From Rickettsiales bacterium (GTDB lineage Bacteria; Pseudomonadota; Alphaproteobacteria; Rickettsiales; UBA3002), in NCBI GenBank assembly GCA_044225085.1, contig JBGAJE010000001.1, positions 1-35,087 on the forward strand: a stretch of DNA of 35,087 nt. Direction: 5' to 3'. The notes beneath the pieces were generated by a model. The model did not search any database, was not told the DNA's origin, and saw only the letters and a list, made by a program, of their open reading frames with translations. Shown here piece after piece: positions 8,714 through 17,866 of the stretch (within the stretch, counting starts at the first letter, position 1; each line of letters begins with the position of its first letter). Position numbers and translations under genes: made by a program.

Positions 8714-9849
8714 CGCCACGCCGCATTTCACCATTTGGGGTGGTGTATCTCGATGTTATGCGAGCCGCTGCGGCGTGTGTGGTGCTACTAGGCCACATCC
8801 ATAATTTGTTGTTTGTGGCCGATCCAATTACCCCGAGTTTTTTTGTGCGATTGTTTTATGCGATAGCGGCGCGCGGGCATGACGCGGTGATCGTATTTTT
8901 CGTGCTAAGTGGCTTATTAATTGCGGCCAGTGTCATGCGCTCGCAGCGGGTGGCGGATGGGTGGGTGCATTATGCCATCGCGCGTCTGGCACGGCTTTAT
9001 GCGGTGTTGTTGCCGGCGTTGCTGCTGACGGCATTATGGGATGCGGTGGGTATTTCCCTCTTTGGCGATACTTATGGGGTGGATGATATTGTCGTTGCTG
9101 CGCGCATGTCGCTGGCGCATTTTTTTGGCAGCGTATTTTTTCTGCAAGATGTGGTGTTGCCGCCATTTGGTTCTAACCAACCGTTATGGAGTTTGGCTTA
9201 CGAGGCGTGGTATTACCTCATGTTTCCGTTGCTGGTTGGCGTGGCGATGCCGCGCACATTCTGGAAGCGTGCGCTTTGCGGCGTTGGCCTGCTTGTGTGT
9301 ATCGCGCTGATCGGCACAAAAATTTCGGGTTATTTTTTGATTTGGCTGATGGGTGCGGCGCTTTTCTTTTTGCCGGCACCGAGTGGGGCATCACGCATGG
9401 CTAGCTATGGTTGGCTAGCTGCTACATGGGCCTTGCTTGCTGCGGTGATTTGGTGTGCGCGTAAGCTATGGTTTGCTGCGGATACCGGCGGCTGGATGGC
9501 GGATATGCTGGTTGGTGCTGCCATTGCCTTGCATCTTTATGGTGCTAAGATTTTAGATCTGCCATTGGCGACATGGTTCGCGCGTGGGGCGCGATGGTTG
9601 GCGGGAATTTCGTTTACGCTGTATCTTTGCCATTTCCCACTGCTATTGCTGCTTGCGCATCTCTTGGTAGGCGATGGGAAATGGCAGCCGGATGGCTTGC
9701 ATCTCGCTGCTGCGGGCGTGATTACTGCGGCCGTTATTGGCTATTGTGCGCTGATTGCGCAGATGACGGAAGCGCGTACGCCGCAGCTTCGCGCATGGTT
9801 GGAGCGGCAGATCAAACCAAGGGGGCGGATAGCCTATGATGCAGCATAA
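8710..9849 (+). CDS. membrane acyltransferase family 3 (OafA/YrhL-like polysaccharide O-acyltransferase)
   Basis: Multi-TM ORF. N-terminal YLDVMRAAAACVVLLGHI and the later FFVLSG strings are typical of Acyltransferase_3. ATG 8710 is chosen for its ATGA coupling with the upstream stop. Confidence 0.78.
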   Translation: MTPRRISPFGVVYLDVMRAAAACVVLLGHIHNLLFVADPITPSFFVRLFYAIAARGHDAVIVFFVLSGLLIAASVMRSQRVADGWVHYAIARLARLYAVLLPALLLTALWDAVGISLFGDTYGVDDIVVAARMSLAHFFGSVFFLQDVVLPPFGSNQPLWSLAYEAWYYLMFPLLVGVAMPRTFWKRALCGVGLLVCIALIGTKISGYFLIWLMGAALFFLPAPSGASRMASYGWLAATWALLAAVIWCARKLWFAADTGGWMADMLVGAAIALHLYGAKILDLPLATWFARGARWLAGISFTLYLCHFPLLLLLAHLLVGDGKWQPDGLHLAAAGVITAAVIGYCALIAQMTEARTPQLRAWLERQIKPRGRIAYDAA

Positions 9850-10804
9850 ACGCGTATTGGTAACGGGCGGCGCGGGCTTCATCGGCCATCGGGTAACGAA
9901 GCTGCTGGCTGCGCGGGGGCAACAGGTGGCGGTGGTGGACAATTCATTTGTGCCGATGCCGATGCCAAAAAAATCCGAGTTTGTAACGCCCTATGCGCAC
10001 GATATCCGCGATGTAGCGGCGATGGCGCAAGTGTTTGTTGCATTCAAGCCGGATGCGGTGATTCATTTAGCGGCGCTGCACCATATCCCGACCTGTGAAG
10101 CAAAGCCGCATTTGGCGATGGATATGAATGTTATGGGCACGCAAGTGGTGCTTGATGCGGCGGCGAAGCATGGGGTGCACGATGTGGTGATGGCCTCATC
10201 CGCGGCGGTGTATGATTGGTGGGAGTCGGCACTTATTGAGGATGAAACGCCGATCACGGCGACGGATGTTTACTCCACCACGAAGATTGCCAACGAACAT
10301 CAGGGGAAGATTTGGGCGGCGAGGACCGATGGTCGTGTGGCGCTGGCGCGTATTTTCAATGCGATCGGGCATGACGACCCCAATGGCCATATTATTCCCG
10401 ATATTTTAAAGCAAGTGTTGCAGGGAGAGTCGGTGGTGAAGCTCGGCAATACCGCGCCGAAGCGGGATTATACGCATGCGGATGATACGGCTGCGGGAGT
10501 GGTTGCGCTGCTTGACCATGTGCATCTTGGGGCGCCGGTTGAGGCGTATAATCTTTCCTTCGGGGCGGATTATTCGGTGGTGGAGTTGGTTGAGGTGATT
10601 GGTGATTATCTCGGGCGGCAGCTCACGATCGTTTCTGATCCCGCGCGGGTGCGCAAGATCGACCGGGTGCATTTACTGGGCGATACGCGGAAAACGCGCC
10701 GGGTTACGGGTTGGCAGGCGCAGATGCCGTTTGTTCAGGCGGTGCAGCAAATTCTCATGAAACTCGTGCCCGAAGTTGCGCGTACGTCGGAGTGTGTCGC
10801 ATGA
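9836..10804 (+). CDS. NAD-dependent epimerase/dehydratase (extended SDR)
   Basis: VLVTGGAGFIGHRV Rossmann motif and catalytic YSTTK (YxxxK). Confidence 0.85.
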   Translation: MMQHKRVLVTGGAGFIGHRVTKLLAARGQQVAVVDNSFVPMPMPKKSEFVTPYAHDIRDVAAMAQVFVAFKPDAVIHLAALHHIPTCEAKPHLAMDMNVMGTQVVLDAAAKHGVHDVVMASSAAVYDWWESALIEDETPITATDVYSTTKIANEHQGKIWAARTDGRVALARIFNAIGHDDPNGHIIPDILKQVLQGESVVKLGNTAPKRDYTHADDTAAGVVALLDHVHLGAPVEAYNLSFGADYSVVELVEVIGDYLGRQLTIVSDPARVRKIDRVHLLGDTRKTRRVTGWQAQMPFVQAVQQILMKLVPEVARTSECVA

Positions 10805-11805
10805 CATGGGCGCGGCGAGGGCTACCAGCATTTGCATTGGAAGATAAGCCGCTTGCCTGCCGGGCTTGTGGGGCGATGGCGGGGCAAATGCCATGCGGGG
10901 AGGAGCGATCGCTTGGCATTGGGCAGGAGTTATTTTTGTGCATGCATTGTGGGCTTGCCTATTTGACGCCGGATTTTACGGATGCAGCATTGTCAGTATT
11001 TTATCGTGATCATTATCGGCATGTCTCGTTGGTAGATGCGGCGCGCCGGCATGATGCGAGATTCTTTAAGCGCAAACTGAATCGGGAATTTGCGGCTAAG
11101 CGGGTGGCATTGATTGCCTCGCAATTGCCAATGGGCGCGCGAGTACTTGAGATCGGTTCGGGGTTTGGGGCCTTCATTGGCCAGCTTCACCGGGTGCGGC
11201 CGGATGTGGTGTTTTATGCGACGGAGGAAGATGTTGCGCATCGTGATTTGCTGCTCGATGGTGCGTCGGTACAATTCATCACCCATGTGGAAATTGTGGA
11301 GCAAGCGCCCTTTAATTTGATTATTGCGTTGCATGTGGTGGAGCATTTGAAGCGGCCCATTGAGGACATGCGATTGTTCGCGCGCATGTTGACGCCATCC
11401 GGCCGATTGGTGGTGGAAGTACCGGATATTTTTGCGGATTGGGGGAACTGGCTTTATGTGCAACCGGCGCATGTGAGTTATTTCAGCGCGGCGTCACTAA
11501 AACGCGCGATGATGCGGGCGGGGGTTGCGCTTGATACGCTCGGCGATCATCCGGCAGGTGCAGTGCTTGCAGGGAATTTATGGGCTGTGGGGCGGCGTAG
11601 TGAGGAGACTGTCGAGGTCGAGGATGCTACGGCGGAGGAGATTACGGCGTTGCACGCGCATATTGTGCGCTATGCGTGGCATGCAAAACCGGCATTGCGC
11701 AAATGGTTGCGGGATATGGTGATTGCATTAGGCGGCGCGCATATGGCGGGCGCGATGGCGCGGCGTCGCTATTATCGGCGCCATGCACATTATTTCGCAT
11801 CGTGA
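10801..11805 (+). CDS. class I SAM-dependent methyltransferase with N-terminal Cys4 zinc-ribbon
   Basis: ATG 10801 overlaps the upstream stop (ATGA). CRACG...CMHCG ribbon and SAM motif I VLEIGSGFG. Paralog of the next gene. Confidence 0.8.
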   Translation: MTWARRGLPAFALEDKPLACRACGAMAGQMPCGEERSLGIGQELFLCMHCGLAYLTPDFTDAALSVFYRDHYRHVSLVDAARRHDARFFKRKLNREFAAKRVALIASQLPMGARVLEIGSGFGAFIGQLHRVRPDVVFYATEEDVAHRDLLLDGASVQFITHVEIVEQAPFNLIIALHVVEHLKRPIEDMRLFARMLTPSGRLVVEVPDIFADWGNWLYVQPAHVSYFSAASLKRAMMRAGVALDTLGDHPAGAVLAGNLWAVGRRSEETVEVEDATAEEITALHAHIVRYAWHAKPALRKWLRDMVIALGGAHMAGAMARRRYYRRHAHYFAS

Positions 11806-11813
11806 GCGCGGGC

Positions 11814-12776
11814 ATGCTGATCGAAAATTTGCGGGATTATCGGGTGGCGATGTTGCAGGAATCTTTCGTGCCGATTGCCTGTCCGGGATGCAGCAGCGAG
11901 CGACGGGAATTGTTGGTGAAATATGATCGGTATTTGCTGCCGGTGCATGTATCACTCTGCACCGATTGTGGGCTGGTTTATACGGCGCATACGGCCAGTG
12001 GTGCGGCGCTTGAACGATTCTATGCGCAAGATTACCGGCGCATGTATGAGCAGGTGGAGCGGGTGACGGCAGCGTATGTGCATCGCTCGAAAGATAAGTT
12101 GGCGGCGGGATATCGGCTACAGCGTATTCGTGAGGTGGTAGGCGAGTTTGCCAGTGTGCTCGAGGTTGGTAGTGGGCTTGGTTACTTTCTCGATGCTTGT
12201 CGGGCGGCGGGGGTGGAGCGCATGCTTGGGCTTGAGCTTGGGGCGGCATTTGCGGCCTATGGTCGTGATGCGCTCGGGCTTGGGGACATCGTGCAGCAAA
12301 AGCGTTATCAGGAGTTTGATGTGCTGCCATTCGCGCCGCAGTTGGTGACGTTATTTCATGTATTTGAACATCTCGAAAACCCGCGTGAGTTTTTGGCGTG
12401 GCTGCAGCCGCGAATGGTGGCGGACGGGTGGGTGGTGATCGAAGTGCCGAATATTTTGGGCGATTGGTCGAGTTTGGGACTTGGCTATTTTCACCTCGCC
12501 CATCGCAGTTATTTTTGTGCGGAGTCGTTGTGCAATATGTTGGCGTCGGCAGGCTTCACCCCACGGTTTGTGATGAGCGACGATCGGGATGGGATTTTTC
12601 CGGGCAATTTGTCGGTTTATGCGCAAGTGGGGCAAGTAGCGGCGGGAACTTATCCGCTGACGGTACCGCAGCATAAAATTCGAGCGACGGTGCAGCAATA
12701 TTGTCGGCCAATGAGTTTGCAACATGGCTATCCGCGTGCTGTGCTGCGCTTAGTGCGGCGGGCGATGCAGCGTTAG
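11814..12776 (+). CDS. class I SAM-dependent methyltransferase with N-terminal Cys4 zinc-ribbon (tandem paralog)
   Basis: CPGCS...CTDCG ribbon and VLEVGSGLG. Shares the H-x-x-EHL, EVP-I-x-DW, AH-SYF and PGNL blocks with 10801..11805. Start is ATG 11814 (alternative GTG 11802). Confidence 0.8.
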   Translation: MLIENLRDYRVAMLQESFVPIACPGCSSERRELLVKYDRYLLPVHVSLCTDCGLVYTAHTASGAALERFYAQDYRRMYEQVERVTAAYVHRSKDKLAAGYRLQRIREVVGEFASVLEVGSGLGYFLDACRAAGVERMLGLELGAAFAAYGRDALGLGDIVQQKRYQEFDVLPFAPQLVTLFHVFEHLENPREFLAWLQPRMVADGWVVIEVPNILGDWSSLGLGYFHLAHRSYFCAESLCNMLASAGFTPRFVMSDDRDGIFPGNLSVYAQVGQVAAGTYPLTVPQHKIRATVQQYCRPMSLQHGYPRAVLRLVRRAMQR

Positions 12777-14164
12777 TGGGTGCGGTGGATATGGCGGTAA
12801 TGCTGCAAGGAGGCGCAGCATAAAAGTGCCGCAATAAACGTGGTGAATGCAGCAGCATAGGGCATGATATTCGTGGCGTAGGGTACGAAACCCAAGGCCA
12901 GAATAATGGCGGTGCCAATGATGGGTAATGGGGAGAGTTTGCAGCGTAATGCGCGGTAAAAAATTACCATTTGTAGGATGCTGGTGATCAAGCGTAGCGC
13001 GAGAATGAGACAGAGATTACCATCAACATAGGTGATGGCGAATTGGGCGGCCATGCTAACGAGGTAGGTGATCAGCATGACGCGAAAGATAAGGAACTCG
13101 CGGTGGCGCGCCATTAGGCTAGTGACGAGGAAGGAGCCCATCACGCCCAGTAAGCGTTCGGCAAGCATGAGGGTGAAGGCGAGCATATGCGCTGGGATGA
13201 CGAGATCATCGATGAGGTAGTCGGTGATGCATAAGAGGGCGAAGAGGACGAAGATCATCGCGCAGATGAGTTTGGCGGTGAGGCTAAAAATTGTGCCAAG
13301 CAAAGGTGAATCCGGCTGGGTTTGATGTTCGCTAGCAAGAGTGGAAAGCAGCACGCGCTGCATTTGCAAATTGAGGCCGCTGATGCCTTGCATGATTTGA
13401 TTGCCGAGGAGGAAATAGACAAGGATCGCAGGCGCGAGATGTTGGACACTGAAAGCAAGTAGTAGTGCGTAAAGTGTGCCGAGGAGGGCGGGAATCCAGA
13501 CCGTGACGGAGCGTTTTAGCATGTCGTTATGGGCGTGAGCAGCTGGGTCGTTGGTGAGGGATTGCCATTCCACGCGGCGGGCAAGGAAGATGGTGTAGGC
13601 AAGGTAGCCCAGCGAGAAGGCGGCACCGATGCCGGCATCGGCATAAGCGGCGGGGAAGAAATACAGGGCGCTGACGGCGATCGCGGCGTAGGTGAGCCAG
13701 AGGATGAGAAGGCCTGCGGCAGCGCGATTGGCGCGGCCTTGCGCAATGAGGAGTGGGGTGGGGTTAAGGATCGAGAGGAACATACCCGGTGTGGCGAAGA
13801 GGATGTAGTGCAGCCCCGGTAGCGCCGCGCCATAATAGCTGCGCCAGAAGATGAGAAGGCCCGCGGTGCCGACCAGTAAGGTGAGGGCGCGCCATATGCA
13901 TCCGTGCCGCCATTGGTGGCGCCAATTGCTGCGGATGCTCGCCTCGCGAATGAAGTAGCTCGGCATGCCGAGCTCGGCGATGAAGATGAGGGAGAGCACG
14001 CAGGTCTGTGCGATGCCGATATTGCCGAATGTTTCTTTGCCGAGCTGGTGGACGATCAAAAGCTGGACGGCGAAATTGATGGCCTGAGCGGCGGCGTAAG
14101 CGAGACCATTGATGGCGGAGCGGGAGAGAACGCGCCGGGTGTTGTGCGCGGGTGCGGCGGTCAT
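12773..14164 (-). CDS. polysaccharide flippase-like multi-TM protein (MOP/Wzx-type)
   Basis: 463 aa with about 12-14 hydrophobic helices, located in the export arm of the cluster. Its ATG overlaps the wzc-like stop (ATGA on the minus strand). Its stop overlaps the stop of the convergent methyltransferase (TTAG at 12773-12776). Confidence 0.6.
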   Translation of the reverse strand: MTAAPAHNTRRVLSRSAINGLAYAAAQAINFAVQLLIVHQLGKETFGNIGIAQTCVLSLIFIAELGMPSYFIREASIRSNWRHQWRHGCIWRALTLLVGTAGLLIFWRSYYGAALPGLHYILFATPGMFLSILNPTPLLIAQGRANRAAAGLLILWLTYAAIAVSALYFFPAAYADAGIGAAFSLGYLAYTIFLARRVEWQSLTNDPAAHAHNDMLKRSVTVWIPALLGTLYALLLAFSVQHLAPAILVYFLLGNQIMQGISGLNLQMQRVLLSTLASEHQTQPDSPLLGTIFSLTAKLICAMIFVLFALLCITDYLIDDLVIPAHMLAFTLMLAERLLGVMGSFLVTSLMARHREFLIFRVMLITYLVSMAAQFAITYVDGNLCLILALRLITSILQMVIFYRALRCKLSPLPIIGTAIILALGFVPYATNIMPYAAAFTTFIAALLCCASLQHYRHIHRTH

Positions 14165-16260
14165 CAGCCGCGTGTGACATCATCAAGGATGATGCCTTTG
14201 ACGTTGGGGCGGATTTGCAATGTGGCAAGGGACTGGCGAACGCGTTCGATTTTTTGCCCGGCGCTGATGACGGGGATGATGGAGCCGACGTAGTTCATCA
14301 GATCACTGTTGATTTGCTCGTCACGGATGGTGGGATAATAGAGCACGATGTAGCGGAAGGTTTTGCCAAACTCCTTTAGCATATCGATGAAGAGGCCTTG
14401 CATGAGCAAATGCGGGCCGTAGCTGGTGGCGGTGCCGCCGGGGAGGAAGTAGAGGTTTTTATCGAGGTTACGCACGGCCTCATCCGGCTGGGCTTTGCCG
14501 ATCATGACATCGGAAAGGCCTGGCTCATTGGGGGTTTGCAGGTAGCGGTGGATGCCACGTTCGAGCATGCTGCCATCGATAAGAAGGGTTTTGTTCAACT
14601 TGGCGTACATGGAAGCGATGTTGGCGGCAACGACGGCAGGCGCATGGCCGGAATTGCCAGTAATCATCACTACGGAGTTTGGCGCACCAAAGGTGGCGAA
14701 GCCGAGATTTTTCATCAGCACAAAAAAATCTTGAAAGATGTTCGGGTCAATCTGCCCACCTAAAATGAGGGGCATGATGCGTTTTTGTTTTCTGCTCAGG
14801 CGCAGGCTGAATGTTGGGATACGTGCCAAAGTGCCGAGCACCGGTAGCGAGGTAAGGTTGCTGATTTGTGAAGATACGCGGAGGCTTGCGAAGGGTGAGA
14901 GGTAAACGACATACACCATCACCGTGCCGATAATGCAGCCAAGTACAAACCCCGCGATGACATTTTTGACGAAGAAAACGAGGCCTGAGCCAGGGATGAT
15001 TTCCGGCGAGTCAACCAGCGTAGCGTAACCAGTGATGCTGGCGGCCTCGTTGCTGAGGTCGGTGTATTTCTCGGAGGTGAGTTGGTACATTTGCTTATAG
15101 GTTTCCACCTCGCGCATGTATTGCAGCAATTGGCGTTGAGTTTCTGGTAAGCGCTCGATGAAAGCTTGCTTGGCGGCTAGATCACCGCTGAGAAATTGCA
15201 GTTGTTCACTCAGTGCGAGTTGCGATGGGTGGGCGGGGGTGTAGTAGGCTGCGAGCTCGCGCTGCTTGGCTTTGATAGTGCGGATTTGGGTTTCAAGATC
15301 CATCACTTGCTGCAGGGCGAACTGCATTTCGGCGGTGATATCCATCATGCCGGATTGTTGTTGGAAGTCTTTGAGATTGCTCTCGGCGGTTTCGAGTTTG
15401 GCTTTAAGGGTTTTGAGTTGGCCGGCCATGTTGTCGAGTGCGCGGAGCTTGCCTTGCGCGCTAAACTCGTAGGCGCGCTTGAGGTAGGTATTGACGAGAG
15501 TATTGAGGAAACGTTTGGTGAACGCCGCATTATCGCCTGAGAAGCTCAGATGCATAAAGCGTGCGTTTTCGCTGCGGCTAACTGCTTGTGCTTTTAGCTG
15601 GCGCTGCAACGAGGCGATAAGATTTTTGGGCGAGCGCGGAATGAGGGTGAAGCGGCTTCCTTCCGGCACGTGGATATCGGTGATTTGTAGTTGAATGGGC
15701 TGTAATGCTGTGCCGGGCTGCGTGAAGCCAGGATCATCGGCGGGCAGGACATCGCTGAAGATGAGGCGATCGTTTGCGTCGAACAGACTGTAGTGGTTTT
15801 TGGCTTCGATTTTGAGGGCAAGCGATTGGTTGAGGAAACGCTCCGGCACTTGCAGTTTGGTGATGTGCAGCCCGGGTTGGGCAGAGGAGAAAATATGCAT
15901 TTGCGGGCGGCCGAGTGCTTTGCGCAGCATGGATTTGAGCGGGGACTCGGTGGCGATGATATCGACGCTTGGGCCCATTGCGTCGAGCGTCATTAGAAAC
16001 ATCGAACGTGAACGGATAAAGTCGATCTCGGAGCTGACGCGCGCTTCTTCGCCTTTGGGGGAGAGCTCGGCATCGAGGCGAATGAGCGCTTCGGCGGTGT
16101 AGGGCTTAATAAAAATAAGCAGGTAAATCGCCGTTATCCAGGCGAAGAAGAGGCCGCAGGCAAACACCGTGCGGCTGCGCTTCCAAAGCCGCGCGAAGAA
16201 ATCCATCACGTTATATTCTTCGGCGTGATCGCGTGGCTGGGTGTGTGAGAGATCGTCCAA
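14164..16260 (-). CDS. polysaccharide co-polymerase (Wzz/GumC-like periplasmic domain) fused to a degenerate BY-kinase-like domain
   Basis: 698 aa: N-terminal TM, long coiled-coil region, second TM, then a C-terminal domain that aligns with Wzc/CpsD. That domain has GNSGHAPAV in place of the Walker A motif G-x4-GK[ST], and no C-terminal Tyr cluster. Confidence 0.8.
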   Translation of the reverse strand: MDDLSHTQPRDHAEEYNVMDFFARLWKRSRTVFACGLFFAWITAIYLLIFIKPYTAEALIRLDAELSPKGEEARVSSEIDFIRSRSMFLMTLDAMGPSVDIIATESPLKSMLRKALGRPQMHIFSSAQPGLHITKLQVPERFLNQSLALKIEAKNHYSLFDANDRLIFSDVLPADDPGFTQPGTALQPIQLQITDIHVPEGSRFTLIPRSPKNLIASLQRQLKAQAVSRSENARFMHLSFSGDNAAFTKRFLNTLVNTYLKRAYEFSAQGKLRALDNMAGQLKTLKAKLETAESNLKDFQQQSGMMDITAEMQFALQQVMDLETQIRTIKAKQRELAAYYTPAHPSQLALSEQLQFLSGDLAAKQAFIERLPETQRQLLQYMREVETYKQMYQLTSEKYTDLSNEAASITGYATLVDSPEIIPGSGLVFFVKNVIAGFVLGCIIGTVMVYVVYLSPFASLRVSSQISNLTSLPVLGTLARIPTFSLRLSRKQKRIMPLILGGQIDPNIFQDFFVLMKNLGFATFGAPNSVVMITGNSGHAPAVVAANIASMYAKLNKTLLIDGSMLERGIHRYLQTPNEPGLSDVMIGKAQPDEAVRNLDKNLYFLPGGTATSYGPHLLMQGLFIDMLKEFGKTFRYIVLYYPTIRDEQINSDLMNYVGSIIPVISAGQKIERVRQSLATLQIRPNVKGIILDDVTRG

Positions 16261-16267
16261 GTGTCGC

Positions 16268-17452
16268 CTAGTTGATGGTTTTGGAAACGCCGATACCGGA
16301 TGGAATCAGCTGGGAAACGAAACGGTGCCATTCGGTGATCGGCGCGGCGGCAATATAGACCACATCACGCGGCTTGAGCAGGAATTGATCGGCAAGGATG
16401 TAGGACGTCGCCACATCGGTGTTTAGGCGATAGATGATAATGGGCTTGCCGTTTTGGTCGATGGTGGTAGTGGCGCCGGTGGCGCCATTGGCTTGAGCGT
16501 AGGCAATGTCGGCTTCGGTGAGCGCGCCGCGAATAACATACACATTACCCGCCGTTGCCGAGATGTTGTTTGGGCCTTGGGAATTGATAACACCATCAGG
16601 CCCTTGTGCATCATTAAGTGCTTCGGTCAATGTCATGCGGCCGGCTTTGATGTAGAGTGCGCCGGTTTTGAGCGCCTCACCCATGAGGAAGACGCGGTTG
16701 CGGTGATTTTCAGTGAGTAGCAGCGTGTCGCCGGCTTGCAGCGTGTGATTTTGTGCATTGTCGGCACGATAGAGTAAGGCAAGGAGATCGACATGCTCGC
16801 GCTTGTTATCGGGGTGAACGATGAGTGCATCTTCAAGATCCGCGTAGGGTTGTGGACCGCCGGCTTTCTCGAGTGCTTTGGCGACATCGAGCGGTTCGTA
16901 GCCGAGATAGAGTGGGCCGGGTTTCACCACTGCGCCGCTAACAAGAATATTTTGGCTGCGGAATTCCTGTAGTTGAATTTCAAAGCGCGGCGCGCGGAAA
17001 TATTTGCTGAGTTTTTCCGTAAGCTCGGTGCGCAACTCGGCGGTGGTTTTTTGGTTGATGTTGAGCGTGCCGATATAGGGAAAGGAGGCGTTGCCGCCCT
17101 CTTCGACCTTAATGGTGAAGGGCTGATCGGCCACGCCGGAATAACCGTGCGGGTTAGGAGATTCGATGCCGTCCCATAAACGTAATTGTAGCACATCGCC
17201 GGGACCGATGCGGTAGGCATAGTCCTCCGCCTTCGGGGCGGGAGCAGTTGGTTTTTCAATGGCGGCGTCTTTGGTTTGTTGGGCGATTAATTCCGGGGTG
17301 ATGCCGATGATGGGGTACTGCGCATTATCTTCTATCCGCTGGCCGGCGGTGCAGCTGCTGAGGATGAGGGCGGTTCCGATGCCGAACCCCACACCGCGCC
17401 AGGCGGTTTTGCCGAATTCGCATCCTAGTAATGACAGCAGCCGTTTACACAT
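16268..17452 (-). CDS. wza: outer-membrane polysaccharide export lipoprotein (Wza-like; Poly_export + SLBB)
   Basis: Lipobox ILSSC, YRIGPGDVLQLRLWD polysaccharide-export motif, and repeated SLBB-like segments. Confidence 0.85.
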   Translation of the reverse strand: MCKRLLSLLGCEFGKTAWRGVGFGIGTALILSSCTAGQRIEDNAQYPIIGITPELIAQQTKDAAIEKPTAPAPKAEDYAYRIGPGDVLQLRLWDGIESPNPHGYSGVADQPFTIKVEEGGNASFPYIGTLNINQKTTAELRTELTEKLSKYFRAPRFEIQLQEFRSQNILVSGAVVKPGPLYLGYEPLDVAKALEKAGGPQPYADLEDALIVHPDNKREHVDLLALLYRADNAQNHTLQAGDTLLLTENHRNRVFLMGEALKTGALYIKAGRMTLTEALNDAQGPDGVINSQGPNNISATAGNVYVIRGALTEADIAYAQANGATGATTTIDQNGKPIIIYRLNTDVATSYILADQFLLKPRDVVYIAAAPITEWHRFVSQLIPSGIGVSKTIN

Positions 17453-17866
17453 GTGAACCGTGTATTTATGTTTTGTTAGGCCCGCCTATCATGGCACCCA
17501 AAGTGCGAGTTTTAGGTGTGTCGTACTGCGTATTTTTAGGGCTACGCCGCGCGACAGATAAGTGCATCTCCTTTTGCATACCTCGAAGCTTTTCTTAATA
17601 CAACATATAGTATTTGCCTGGGTATAAACTGGGTTGAAAAACAAGATGTGGTAGGAAAACCATAATTCCCTGTTTTTGGTAAAAACAACCAAGAGAGCGA
17701 TCACGCATACATAAATAACTGGTAATTGGTGTGTGTTTTGGCTTAGTCCCCTCCAACGCCACGCAATGATGGCGAGCACAGAAGAGGGGATGTACAATGC
17801 GACCGGCCCATGCAGTAATGCGGGGGGCTCCGTGAGTTCGTGGGGCCATGCATTGAATTCGCAAAA

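Noticed and set aside
10711-10800. Long upstream extensions of track ORFs (10711, 11676, 21494, 8686, 2660 starts)
   Set aside because: The extensions overlap the preceding genes by 25-130 nt and encode non-conserved Arg/Gly/Cys-rich sequence. Internal ATGs that form ATGA/TGATG junctions or follow a Shine-Dalgarno give normal N-termini.
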